DNA from: Mobula hypostoma
Taxonomy: Eukaryota
DNA: 64,000 nt
Direction of reading: 5' to 3'
NCBI RefSeq assembly: GCF_963921235.1
Contig: NC_086104.1
Span: 149,420,001 to 149,484,000 of the forward strand
In this document: positions 35,830-49,300 of the stretch, in pieces
Numbering within the stretch: position 1 is the stretch's first letter
Layout of the letters: each line of letters opens with the position of its first letter
Translations under genes and position numbers: made by a program
The notes under the pieces: generated by a model
What the model was told of the DNA's origin: nothing
Databases searched by the model: none
The model's input: only the letters and a program-made list of their open reading frames with translations

Positions 35830-37800
35830 ACATTTTCAAAGGGAAGAAGGACACTACCGTGGCTGACAAGTGAAGTCAGAGCCAAAGCAGAAGCAAAAGC
35901 AAAAGAGAGGGCATACAAGGCAGCCAAAGCTAGTGGGAAGATAGAGGATTAGGGAGCTTTTAAAAACTTGCAGAAGGAAACTAAGAAGGTCATTCGGAAG
36001 GAAAAGATGAATTATGAGAGGAAGCTGGCGACTAATATCAAAGAAGATACTGAAAGCTTTTTTAAGTATGTAAAGAGTAAAGGAGAGTCGAAGGTAGATA
36101 TAGGACCAATACAAAATGACGCTGGAGATATTGTAATGAGAGGCACAGAGATGGCAGAGGAACTGAATGCATATTTTGCATCAGTCTTTACAGTGGAAGA
36201 CGTCTACAGTATACCGGACATTCAAGAGTGTCAGGGAAGAGAAGTTTGTGCAGTGAAAATGACGACTGAGAAGGTGCTCAGGAAGCTTAATGGTCTGAGG
36301 GTGGATAAATCTCTTGGACCTGATGGAATGCACCGTCGGGTTCTGAAAGAAGTAGCTGGAGAGATTGCGGAGGCATTAACAATGATCTTTCAAGAATCGA
36401 TAGATTCTGGCATTGTACTGGATGACTGGAAAATTGCAAATGTTACTCCGCTATTTAAGAAGGGTTGGAGGCAGCAGAAAGGAAACTATAGATCTGTTAG
36501 CCCGACATCAGTGGTTGGGAAGTGTTGGAATTGATTTTTAGGGATGAGATTACAGAGTACCTGGAGGCACATGACAAGGTATGCCAAAGCCAGCATGGTT
36601 TCCTGAAAGGAAAATCCTGCCTGACAAACCTACTGCAGTTTTTTTGAGGAAATTACAAGTAGGGTAGACAAAGGAGATGCAGTAGACATGATGTACTTGG
36701 ATTTTCAGAAGGCCTTTGATAAGGTGCCACATATGAGGCTGCTTAGCAAGATAAGAGCCCATGGAATTACAGATAAGTTACTAGCATGGGTGGAGCATTG
36801 GCTGGTCGGCAGAAAACAGAGAGTGGGAATAAAGGGATCCTATTCTGGCTGGCTGCCGGTTACCGGTGGAGTTCCATAGGGGTCAGTGTAGGGACCGCTG
36901 CTTTTTACGATGTATGTCAATGATTTGGACTATGATATTAATGGATTTGTGGCTAAATTTGCTGATGATACAAGATAGGTGGAGGAGCGGGTAGTGTTGA
37001 GGAAACAAAGAGCCTGCAGAGAGACTTAGATAGTTTAGGGGAATGGGCAAAGAAGTGGCAAATGAAATACAATGTTGGAAAGTGTATGGTCATGCACTTT
37101 GGTGGAAGAAATAAACGGGCAGACTCTAACCTCCAGGTTGAGTCAGTGGTGAAGAAGGTGAATGCAATGTTGGCATTCATTTGGAGAGGTATAGAATATA
37201 AAATTAGGGCTGTGATGTTGAGGCTCTATATGGCACTCGTGAGACCACACTTGGAGTATTGTGTGCAGTTTTGGGGTCCTGATTTTAGAAAGGATATACT
37301 GACTTTGGTGAGGGTTCAGAGAAGATTCATGAGAATGATTCCAGGAATGAAAGGGTTATCATATGAGGAATGTCTGGCAGCTCTTGGGCTGTATTCCCTG
37401 GAGTTCAGGAGAATGTAGAGGGGCATCTCATAAAAACATTCTGAATGTTAAAAGGCCTGAACAGATTAGATATGGCAAAGTTATTTCCCATGGTAGGGGA
37501 TTCTAGGACAAAAGGGCATGACTTCAGGATTAAAGGACGTCCTTTTAGAACGGAGATGCGGAGAAATTACTTTAGTCAAAGGGTGGTAAATCCGTGGAAT
37601 TTGTTGCCACGAGTGGCTTTGGAGGCCAAGTCATTTAAGGCAGAGATAGATAGGTTCTTGATTAGCATCAAAGGGTATGGGGAGAAGGCAGGGGAGTGAA
37701 GATGTCTGGAAGAATTGGATCAGCCCATGATTGAATGGTGGAGCAGACTCAATGGGCCGAATGTCCTACTTCTGCTCCTATATCTTATGGTCTTATGGTT
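35830..37800 (+). mobile_element. CR1 LINE, about 2 kb, disrupted ORF2 reverse transcriptase
   Basis: GPDGMH, DWKIANVTPLFKKG, YLDFQKAFDKVPH, FADD and LVRPHLEYCVQFW motifs broken by stops and frameshifts; (TCTTATGG)n tail. Inserted inside a palindromic PLE mini-element (35780-37942, TSD TTTGGGATTGTTCA). Confidence 0.95.
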
Positions 37801-37994
37801 TTATAAAATGTTGGAGGAACTCAGCAGGCCAGACAGCATCTATGGAAAGAAGTACAGTCGATGTTTCAGCCCGAAACTTTGACTGTACTTTTTTCCATAG
37901 ATGCTGCCTGGCCTGCTGAGTTCCTCCAGCAGTTTGTGTGTATTTGGGATTGTTCAATCATCTTATAACAGCAGGGTGGAGCAGAATCTGGTCA

Positions 37995-38032
37995 CAGTCC
38001 TGACGAAGGGTCTCGGCCTGAAACGTCGACTG
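37995..38032 (+). ncRNA. Minimal type-I hammerhead ribozyme motif in a Penelope terminal repeat
   Basis: CAGTC-CTGACGA-A-GGGT(CTCG)GCCT-GAAAC-GTC-GACTG: stem I CAGUC/GACUG, core CUGANGA and GAAA, loopless palindromic ACGU stem III, GUC cleavage triplet. Confidence 0.8.
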
Positions 38033-41000
38033 CGCCTCTTCCTATAGATGCTGCCTGGTCTGCTGCGTTCACCAGCAACTTTGATGTGTGTTGCTTGAAT
38101 TTCCAGCATCTGCAGAATTCCTGTTGTTACAGGAAGAGAGAGGTGGCTGGAACTGAGGTCATGAGGAAGCAGTGATTGTTGATCTGTAAAAGTTGACTGC
38201 AACTGTGAGACTAAGATGGGATTTAAACAAGGGGTGGAGAATATCTATTTTCTGTTGTGTAGAATTTTCTGTGGCTAGCTTAAGGAATGCTTGACATTAA
38301 TCCCTGCTTCTGACTGGACTCTGAACGCTCTGATGGAACCACAGGTCAGTAGGTTCTGGGCCGAGGCAGGACTGAGTTGTCCGTTACATAGCACAGGACT
38401 GCACAGAAACAGGCCCTTCGGCCCACAGCTTCTGTGCTGAACACAGTAGTGTAGCGGCTCACGCCATGCTGTTACAGCCCAGTAGGGTCGGAGTTGGGAG
38501 TTCAGTTCTGGCATCCCCTGTAAGGAGTCCCTGTACGTCCTCCCCCGTGGAGTGCATGGGTTTACCCCCCCTCCGGTTTCCTCCCACAGTCCAAAGGGTT
38601 AACGGGTAGGTTAAATAGTCATTGTAATTTGTCTGTAATTAGGTTAGGTTTAAATCGTGGCTTGTCAGGGGTTGCCAGGTGGGGTAGGAAGTGCCTACTC
38701 CGTGCTCTATCTCTAAAAAATAAATCAAACACAAGGCCAATTAAACAATATTCCTTCTGGCTAAAAAGTGCCCAAACTCCTCCATTCCCTGCACATTTGC
38801 ATGCCTCTGAGGATCTGTCCTGGGCCTAACACATCAATCCAGTTACAAAGAAGGCTTGACAGAGTCTATATTTCATTTGGATTTTGAGGAGATTTGGTAT
38901 GTCGCCACAGACCCTCACAAATTTCTAGACGTACCATGGAGAGCATTCTATACTGGCTGTATAGGTGGGGGGCGGGCACTGCACAGGATTGAACTAAGTT
39001 GCAGAAAGTTGTAAACTCAGTCATCTTCATCGTGGGCACTAGTGTCTGTAGTATCCAGGACATCTCTAAGGAGCGATGTCTCAAAAAGGCAGCATCCATT
39101 GTTGAGGATATCTATCACCCAGGACATGCCCTGTTCTCGTTGCTACCATCAGGAAGGAGGTACAGAAGCCTGAAGGCACACACTCAACAATTCAGGAACA
39201 GCTTTTTCCTCTCTGCCATCAGATTTTGGAATGGACAACGAACCCATGAACACTACTTCTTTTTTCTTTTGTTTGCACTATCTATTTACATATTTTTAAA
39301 TATAAATATATTTCTTACTGTAATTTACAGTTTCTATTATTATATATTGCATTGTACTGCTACCCCAAAACAACAAATTTCACAGCACATGCCAGTGGTA
39401 TTAAACTTGATTCTGAACATTCTATCCAACAGCCTCCCAAACACATCCAGCATATCTGCTTCCGGCAGCATATTCCAGGCATCCACCACCCTCTTGTGCC
39501 GCACATCTCCCCTATACTATCCCTCTCTACCCTTAGAATTAAAATCAGATTTATTGAGTTGAACTTTTCCAATAGCCAACAGCGGTCGGTGGACAGTTAA
39601 GGGTATAGTTGCCATACACCAACCTCTGTGGTCATAGAAGGATTCAGAAAGGCGGTGGGAATTCCAGCGTTCAGGAGCGAGATGTGTCGGCTAGCTGAGT
39701 GGTGTTGCAGCAATACTCAATGTCAGTACGACCAAAGAGCTGGTTGTCGTCTCCAGAAAGGGTAAGATGAGAGAACACACTCCAGTCCTCATAGAGGGGT
39801 CAGAAGTGGAAAGAGCAAGCAATTTAATATCTCTAAGGGTCAATCCTGGCCCAACGTATCGATGCAGCTACAAAGAAGGCATGACAGTAGCTATATTTCA
39901 TTAGGTGCTTGGGGAGATTTGATATGGCACCAAAGACACTCGCAAATTTCTGCAGATGTACCTTGGAGAGCATTTTAACTGGCTGCTTCACTGACTTGTA
40001 CAGGTTGGGGGGTTGGTGGCTTCTGCACAGGTTCGAAGAAAGCTGCAGAGAGTTGTAAACTCAGTCATCTCCATCATGGGCACTAGCCTCCTCAGTATCC
40101 AGGACATCTTCAAGGAGTGATGCCTCAAAAAGGCGACATCCATCCGTCATTAATGACATTCATCATTAAGGACCCCCATCACCCAGGTCATGCCCTCTTC
40201 TCATTGCTACCATCAGGAAGGAGGTACAGGACTCTGAAGGCACACACTCAGCGATACAGGAATCCCTCTGCCATCCAGTTTCTGAACTGAACCCATGAAC
40301 ACTACCTCACTACTTTTTTATTTGATTTAACTGTTTAATATATACCTTCTCATTGTCATTCGCATTCTTTCTCTATTATTATGTACTGCTGCAGCAAAGA
40401 CGACAAATTTCACGACATCTGCCAGTGATATTAAACCTGACTCTGAATACTATTGAATTGCTGCTGTTCCCACTGCATCTACGCTGTGCTGGTGATGGAG
40501 GGAATGAGGATTTAGGGTGAATGGAGTGGCTGTCATGGACTGTATTGTGGGTGGCATGGTAGTGTAGTGGTTTGCACAACATCATTACAGTGGCAGAGAC
40601 CCAGGTTCACTTTTGCTGTTGTCTGTAAGGAGTCTGTATGTTCTCCCCGTGACCACATGGGTTTCCTCCGCGTGATCCAGTTTCCTTCCATGTTCCAAAG
40701 ACGTACGTGTTAATCGGGTAATTGGTCACATGGGTGTAATTGTGGGGCATGGTCTCGTTAAGCCTGGTACCATGCTGTATCTCTAAATAAAATTGCTCTG
40801 ATGCTGTCTAACACCTTGAATGTTGTCGGGGTTGTTTTCATCCAGGCAAGTTATTCCTGGAGATTATTCCATATCGCAAGGTAATGCTGCAGCTCTACAT
40901 GACTCTTGTTGGACCACACTTGAAGTATTGTGTTCTTTTCTGGCCAGCTCATTATAGGAAAGGTGTGGAAGCTTTAGAGGAAGTGCAGGGGAGATTTACC

Positions 41001-42273
41001 AGGATGCTGCCTGGATTAGAGACCATGCCTTACGAGAAAGGATTAAGTGAGCGAGGGAGTTTCTCTTTGGACGAAACGGCGATAAATGGCAGCTTTATAG
41101 AGGTGTATAAGATGATATGAGGCATTGGATAGCCAGTGCCTTTTTCCCAGGGCTGTAATGGCTAATAGAAGAGAATACTTTTAATCTGATTGGTGGAAAG
41201 TATAGGCTCAATTTTAGAGGTAGGTTTATTAAACAGAGAGTGGATCATGGAATGCTAGGGGTGGCAGATATATTGGTATAATTTAAGAGACTTAGATAGA
41301 CACAAGGGATGGTGGTAGAGGCAGATACATTAATACATCTAGGCATCTGCAAGAAAGACAAATGGAGCATTAACATGTGAGGAGCATTTGATGGCTCGGA
41401 GTATTATAGGCTATTCATCCCCCCCCTCCTGTCTTCTCCTATCATTTTGGATCTCCCCCTCCCCCTCCCACTTTCAAATCTCTTACTCACTCTTCCTTCA
41501 GTTAGTCCTGATGAAAGGTTTCGGCCTGAAACGTCGACGGTACCTCTTCCTAGAGCTGCTGCCTGGCCTGCTGCGTTCACCAGCAACTTTGATGTGTGTT
41601 GCTATCTAGCAGGGATGGGTTAGATTGATCTTGGAGTGCGTTAAAAGGTCGGCGCAATATTGTGGGCAGAATGGCCTGTAACGTGCTATACTGTTCTATC
41701 TTTTCTGTTCTAAGGCTCCTGACTTGTGCCTCATCTATACTAGAAAGGCTTCGAAGTTTCATGGCATTCGTTACTCACTATACATAAATAGGCTCTTGTA
41801 GCCACAGTTTGAGTTTGGCCCAGCTAGTTCTGGTCAGTAATGATGGTGATGGTGATGATATTGAATATTGTGATTTGATGGGGAGATGGATGTCGGTGGT
41901 TGGACTCCCTTTGTTTAGAAATGTTTCACTACCTGGAATCTGAATGAAACCTGCCACTCATCAACCCAGGCACAAGCGGTACAGAGTCAGAACAAGTCAG
42001 AAGCTGGGCATCCTGTGGTGAGTGAGTCACATTTTGGCATGTTTAATGTATGAGGAGTGCCTGATGGCTCTGGGCCTGTACTCGCTGGAGTTTAGAAGAA
42101 TGGGGGGGGGGGGCTCATAGATACTTACCGAAGATTGAAGATCCTGGGTAGAGTGGACGTGGAGACGATGTTTCCAATAGAGCAGTGGTTCCCAACCTAG
42201 AGTCCACGGTTAATGGTAGGGGGCCATGGCATTAAAAAGGTTGGGAACCCCTGTGATAGTGGGAGAGTCTAGG

Positions 42274-45192
42274 TGTTATGTTGGTGGTAAGGGGAAGTTA
42301 GGTGGCCTTCAATAACACACACGGGGACGGATAGAGGTGAGGTCCAAAACATGCGCTGTTTATTTTGTGTGTAAGTCATCTACCCAGAATTCCCTCTCAC
42401 ATTAGATCATTATGTTCAGTATGTAATATACAGAGGGAAGCTCGACAGCAACCAGTAAAGGTCAAAATATACATGAATATATAACTTATCCCTCCCCTTT
42501 ACTTTAAATATCTCCCCCTTCCCATACACAGACCAGCTGCTGAATTATTAATATTCAATGGAATATTCATCAACCAACAGCAAAAATCATTTTTTTTCTC
42601 TAAACTGGATAAAGAGGGTAGACTGCCTCTATTCCCAGACGTAACCCTAGAGATTATTGTAGCCGGTGTACTGAGGATTAGTCACTAAATTTAGCGATTC
42701 AATCTGACTGGAGGCTGCCTGTTCCTGTGATGGTACCAATGTGATGGGGATTATGCCAGAGTTATTGTATCTCATGGTGCTGAATATATAGATCTTGGCT
42801 TGAGTACTGTGTTGTCAGAAGGGCGCTCCCTGAGGGGGACGAATGGCCTTGCTGATTAAGTAACATTGATTGCCAACAGATGTTTTATTCTTAAAGTCAG
42901 TAGAAACTTTACAAACTTCGGAAGATGCTCTTAATGGTTGTGTTTCTTTAGCTGTCATCTCCATAGATGTACTAATCTCAATTGCCTTCTGTAATGTTAG
43001 CCTGTCTTCTGTGAGCAAACGTTTCTGAATTGCCTCACTACGCAGACTACATATGTAAAGTGTCATTCAGTGACTGCCCAAAACCAGTGTTCAGACAATT
43101 GCTTCACCACCAACACAAACTGAGCGACAGACTCACCTTTCTTTTAATTCCTTTTGTGAAATCTAAACCTCTCAGTAATAATCAAAAGTTTAGGTGCATC
43201 GTGGTCCTTTAAGACTTTATCTATGTCCTCTTAGGGCTTATTGTCAAGCTTATCAGGGTTGCAATAGACCGTGTAACAACTTAAACATTTTGCATCCATC
43301 ACAGTCAGAAAAGTTGGAACATGAATATCATCTGCAATTAGATTTACCAGTGCAAATCATTCAAATCTTTTAGTATATATGAACTCCATAGCTCTGTTGT
43401 TTTGTCATACAGCTCCATATTTCCAAACATCGTTCACACTCAATCACGTTCCTGGAAAGTTAACCGGTCTTATCCGTCTCCCTCTCTCCCTCTCCTATTT
43501 GTTTTATTCAGAATGAGAATCAGAATCAGGTTTAATATCACTGGCAGATGTCGTGAAATTTGTTAATTTTGCAGCAGCAGTACCATGAAATACATGATAA
43601 ATATAGAAAAAAATTGAATTACAGGAAGTATATATATGCATATTAAACGCTGCAGTTAAGTCAAGCAGTGAGGTAGTGTTCATGGGTTCAATGAAATCGG
43701 ATGGCAGAAGGGAAGAAGCTGTTCCTGAATCACTGAGTGCATGCCTTCGGGCATCTGAACCTTGTTCCTGAGGGTAACAATGAGAAGAGGGCATGTCCTG
43801 ACTAGTGAGGGCTCTGAGGCACTGTTCCTTGAAGATATCCTGGGTATTACAGAGGCTAGTACCCATGATGGAACCGATTAATTTTACAACTTTCTGCAGT
43901 TCACTTCAATCCTGTGCAGCAGCCCCTCCCCTATACCAGACAGTGACACAACAGTCACAATGTACATATGTAGAGGTTTTCGAGTGTTCAGGTGACAAAC
44001 CAAATGTCCTCAAACTCCTAATGAAATATTGTCACTGTCTTGCCTTCTTTACAGCTGCATTAATATGTTGGGACCAGATTAGGTCCTCAGAGATCTTGAC
44101 AGTCAGGAACTTGAAATTGCTCACTCTCTCCACTTCTGATCCCTCTGTGAGGATCGGTTTGTTATCCCTCACCCTACCCTTCCTGAAGTCCACAATCAGT
44201 TCTTTGATCTACTGACATAAAGTGCAAGGTTGTTGCTATGATGCCATTCAGCTAGCTGGTATATCTCGTTTGGCAGAGACGGTGCTCGGTGCTCGGTGTC
44301 GGAGAGCTGGTCGGAGGCTCGGAGTTTTCGGACGGACTCGGAGTCGGACTGTGGTCGGATGCTTCCAGGATGCTGCATCGGCAAGCTTGCGGTGCTGGAG
44401 GTTCACCGTCTGCGTGAGATGATGGGACTTTTGAGAGACTTTGAGACTTCTACCGTGCCCAAGATCTGTTCTTATCGAATTACAGTATTGCTTTGCACTG
44501 TTGTAACTATATGTTATAATTATGTAGTTTTTGTCAGTTTTTAAGTCGGTTTGTCATGTGTTTCTGTGATATCCTTCTGGAAAAATATTGTATCATTTTT
44601 TAATGCATGCATTACTAAATGACAATAAAAGAGGACTGTGTGTCCTCATAATCTAATCTAATCCAATCCTGTACACCCTCACATTGCCATCTGAGATTTT
44701 ACCAACAATGGTTGTATCATCAGCAAATTTATAAATGGCATTTAAGCTATGTCTAGCCACACAGTCATGGCTGTAGAGAGGGTAGAGCAGTGGGCAATGC
44801 ACACAGTTTTATTTAACTGTTCGGTGTTCACTCCCCTCGGATTCTTCACTTACCACGCTCTTGCTCCTTTAAATCTCTTTTAGCTTCTTTTTGCTCAACC
44901 ACATCACACAACATCAGTGTTGTACATAGACCTTTTTACTTTCCAAAGGGGTAAAAACAGTAAAAACCGGATGAGGACTTGTCGCCTCATCGCCAGATAT
45001 TATGTCAGTTATGTCAGTGGTTATGGGGAAGCGAGGAACAAAGTGTGTGCTGTGCATTTATTTGTAAGTCACCTAACCCAGAATGTCCTCTCACATTATG
45101 TCATTACGGTCAGTACGTAACACACACACACACACACACACGCACGCTTTACAGGAACCCATGTAGGTACAAATACACATGAATAGATAACA
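42274..45192 (-). mobile_element. Internally deleted Gypsy-type LTR retrotransposon with nested insertions
   Basis: Two diverged LTRs (about 42274-42486 and 44998-45192), polypurine tract (about 42488-42500), PBS-like TGGCGATGAGG (about 44985-44995), and a gag remnant LRSEAIQKRLLTEDRLTLQKAIEI (42815-43066); it splits a CR1 3' end. Confidence 0.78.
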
Positions 45193-47730
45193 TGAAGGCC
45201 AGAGGACACAGCCTTAAAATAGAAGGACATCCCTTTAGAACAGCGATGAGGAGGAATTTCCTTAACGATGGATGCCGACTTTTTGACGCATCACTCCTTG
45301 AAGATGTCTTAGATGCTGTGGAGGCTGGTGCCCATGATGGAGCTGACAGAGTTTACAACTCTCTGCAGCTTATTTTGATCCTGTGCAGCAGCTACCTCCC
45401 TCCCCCCAACCACCCCCCACACCGGATGGTGGTGCAGCCAGTTAGAATGCTCTCCACGGTACATCCGTAGAAATTTGCACAAGGACCAGAGGGCACAGCC
45501 ACAGCCTCAGAATAGAAGGACGTCCCTTTAGAACAGAGATAAGGAGGAATTTCTTTAACTAGAGGGTGGAGAATCTGTGGAATCCATTGCCACAGATGGC
45601 TCTGGAGGCCAAGTCATTGGGTACATTTGAAGCAGAGTTTGGTAGGATTCTTGATTGGTAAGGGTTGTGGGGAGAAGGCAGGGGAATGGGGTTGAGAGGG
45701 GAAAAATAAATCACACATGATCAAAGAGCAGGGAAGACTCGATAAGCCAAATGGCTTAATTCAGCTCCTATGTCTTATGAAATGAGTGGGGATCTTACAG
45801 AAACATTTAAACTGATGAAAGGAACAGAGGCAGGAAAGTTATTTCCACTGGTAGTTGGGACTAGAACTAGGGAACATTTTCTCAAGATTCAGGGGAGGGG
45901 TGGGGAATAGATTTAGGAGAAACTGCTTTTCCCAGAGAGTAGTGAATTTGTGGAATTCTCTGCCCAGGGAAGTGATAGAGATTACCTGATTAAATATATG
46001 TAAGGCACAGTTAGATTTTTGCATAGCAGGGGAATTAAGGGTTATGGGACAAACTAGGTACATGGCCAGATCAGACACGATCTTATTGAATTGCGGAGTA
46101 GGCTCGATGGGCCAGATGGCCGACTCCTGCTCCTATTTCTTAAGTTCTCAAAGCCTTTCTGCTTTCTATGAGGCACATCAGCAGGAAAATGGATAATTTT
46201 CATCTCTACTTGCTTTGGTGAAAAGAGTTCTGACAGCATTCAAGGATGCAGACACCACCAGGGCAAAGCAGCTCATGACGGCCGTCCAATCCAGCACCAT
46301 AAATCATGGCCCACCGTGGGTGCGGTGTGAACAGCTCCCATTTACAAAGGCTATTCCAGCTGCACTTTCCAAACATCCTCCCACTGAGCATAGTGTATCA
46401 GCAAGCGGCTGGAACCATCAGCTCCCTGGATTACTGTAGGCTAGTGGACATTCCTTGGAATCTCTACCATTTGTCCAGGATGTGGTGACTATGCCTTTGA
46501 TCACCTGTGTCCACGTTGACTGATCGATTGTGGACTGAGACACAGAGAGTAGTGGGTGCATGGAACACATTGCCAGGGATGGAGATACAGGCAGATACAT
46601 TAAGGACATTTAAGAGACTCTTAAATAGACACATGGCTGAAAGAAAAGTGCGACGGAAGCAACAGATTGATCTTGGAACTTGTTTGTCAGTCATTGTTTA
46701 CGTGGTTTTTTTTTGTAAATTCTACAGTATTTCTTTATTTTCCTATAAATTTTGCAACAAAATGATTCCCAAGGTAGCATGTGGTAATATATACACGTAC
46801 TTTGATAATAAATGTTACTTTGACAATAATAAACCAATTTCCAGCTCAATGTACACCTGGAGAAAGTGAGCAGGTGTTGAGCGCCGTCTATCATCCTCTT
46901 ATTCACTGCTGCGGGAGGAAGGTGTCTGCGTTTGATGGTTGCTCTCTCCCTCTTGCTCGCTGCTCCTGAGGGAAGGTCCCTGCGTGCGAACGATCTCGCG
47001 CTCCCTCGATGCTGTCGGTGCTGGAGCAAGGTTTAATCAACCCAGTTTGTGGATAGGACTCTGTAGTTCACGTTATGATGTGATCCTGGTTTCTAGTTGC
47101 TCCTTTTTTTTTTGTTGCTATTTTGGGTGATTTCAGGGCGGCCTGCAGACAACAATCACTGTGCTGGACTGAATATGTCTGGACTCTTTCGATTTTGTGT
47201 TTTATGTTCTGTGTTTTTTACTCATTTTTTTGGTGCCATTTGCACAATTTGTTTTTTTTCGCACATGGGAGGGGGTTGATTTTTTTTTAATGGGTTCCAT
47301 GGTTTTTGTTTGTTTCGTGGCTGTCCGTGGGGCAGATGAATCTCAGGGTTGTATATTGCATAAATACTTTGATAATAAATGTACTTTGAATCTTTAAATA
47401 TTTATTTATTGAGATACAGCATGGAATATGTCCTTCTGATCTTTTGAGCCGCACTGCCCAGCAACCCCCTGACTTAATCCTAGGCTAACCATGGGACAAT
47501 TTACAATGGCCAATTACTCTACCAACCGATATGTCTGGAATGTGGGAGGAAACCAGAGCACCTGGAGGAAACCCACACGGTCACGGGAGAACATACAAAC
47601 TCCTTACAGGCAGTGGCAGTCTTGGATCTTGAATCATTAAAATCTAGCCCTCGTGACCATGTTGAGGCCAAGACTGCAATTAGGACCAGAGTTTAGTGAT
47701 CCTGGCATAACCCTGACACTACATCAGTAA

Positions 47731-49300
47731 CATACATCAAAGTTGCTGGTGAACGCAGCAGACCAAGCAGCATCTATAGGAAGAGGCGCAGTCGACGTTT
47801 CAGGCCAAGACCCTTCGTCAGGACTAACTGAAGGAAGAGTGAGTAAGGGATTTGAAAGCTGGAGGGGGAGGGAGAGATGCAAAATGATAGGAGAAGACAG
47901 GAGGGGGAAGGATAGAGCCGAGAGCTGGACAGGTGATAGGCAAAAGGGGATACGAGAGGATCATGGGACAGGAGGTCCGGGAAGAAAGACAAGGAGGGGG
48001 GGTGACCCAGAGGATGGGCAAGAGGTATATTCAGAGGGACAGAGGGAGAAAAAGGAGAGTGAGAGAAAGAATGTGTGCATAAAAATGAGTAACAGATGGG
48101 GTACGAGGGGGAGGTGGGGCCTAGCGGAAGTTAGAGAAGTCGATGTTCATGCCATCAGGTTGGAGGCTACCCAGACGGAATATAAGGTATTGTTCCTCCA
48201 ACCTGAGTGTGGCTTCATCTTTACAGTAGAGGAGGCCGTGGATAGACATGTCAGAATGGGAATGGAATGTGGAATTAAAATGTGTGGCCACTGGGAGATC
48301 CTGCTTTCTCTGGCGGACAGAGCATAGATGTTCAGCAAAGCGGTCTCCCAGTCTGCGTCGGGTCTCACCAATATATAAAAGGCCACATCGGGAGCACCGG
48401 ACGCAGTATATCACCCCAGTCGACTCACAGGTGAAGTGATGCCTCACCTGGAAGGACTGTTTGGGGCCCTGAATGGTGGTAAGGGAGGAAGTGTAAGGGC
48501 ATGTGTAGCACTTGTTCCGCTTACACGGATAAGTGCCAGGAGGGAGATCAGTGGGGAGGGATGGGGGGGGACGAATGGACAAGGGAGTTGTGTAGGGAGC
48601 GATCCCTGCGGAATGCAGAGAGAGGCGGGGAGGGAAAGATGTGCTTAGTGGTGGGATCCCGTTGGAGGTGGCGGAAGTTACGGAGAATAATATGTTGGAC
48701 CCGGAGGCTGGTGGGGTGGTAGGTGAGGACCAGGGGAACCCTATTCCTAGTGGGGTGGTGGGAGGATGGAGTGAGAGCAGATGTACGTGAAATGGGGGAG
48801 ATGCGTTTAAGAGCAGAGTTGATAGTGGAGGAAGGGAAGCCCCTTTCTTTAAAAAATGAAGACATCTCCCTCGTCTTAGAATGAAAAGCCTCATCCTGAG
48901 AGCAGATGCGGCGGAGACGGAGGAATTGCGAGAAGGGGATGGCGTTTTTGCAAGAGACAGTGTGAGAAGAGGAATAGTCCAGATAGCTGTGAGAGTCAGT
49001 AGGCTTATAGTAGACATCAGTGGATAAGCTGTCTCCAGAGACAGAGACAGAAAGATCTAGAAAGGGGAGGGAGGTGTCGGAAATGGACCAGGTAACCTTG
49101 AGGGCAGGGTGAAAGTTGGAGGCAAAGTTAATAAAGTCAACGAGTTCTGCATGCGTGCAGGAAGCAGCGCCAATGCAGTCGTCGATGTAGCGAAGGAAAA
49201 GTGGGGGACAGATACCAGAATAGGCACGGAACATAGATTGTTCCACAAACCCAACAAAAAGGCAGGCATAGCTAGGACCCATACGGGTGCCCATAGCTAG
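47731..49300 (-). mobile_element. Penelope-like element, 5'-truncated (RT C-terminal half + GIY-YIG endonuclease + terminal repeat)
   Basis: MGTRMGPSYA...FLRYIDDC...LPFLDL...YYKPT (48548-49294) and GVIYCVRCSRCGLLYIGET (48121-49017 frame); one frameshift at the G8 run 48563-48570; TSD ATCAGTAA (47723-47730 and 49301-49308); hammerhead motif at 47790-47825. Confidence 0.95.
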
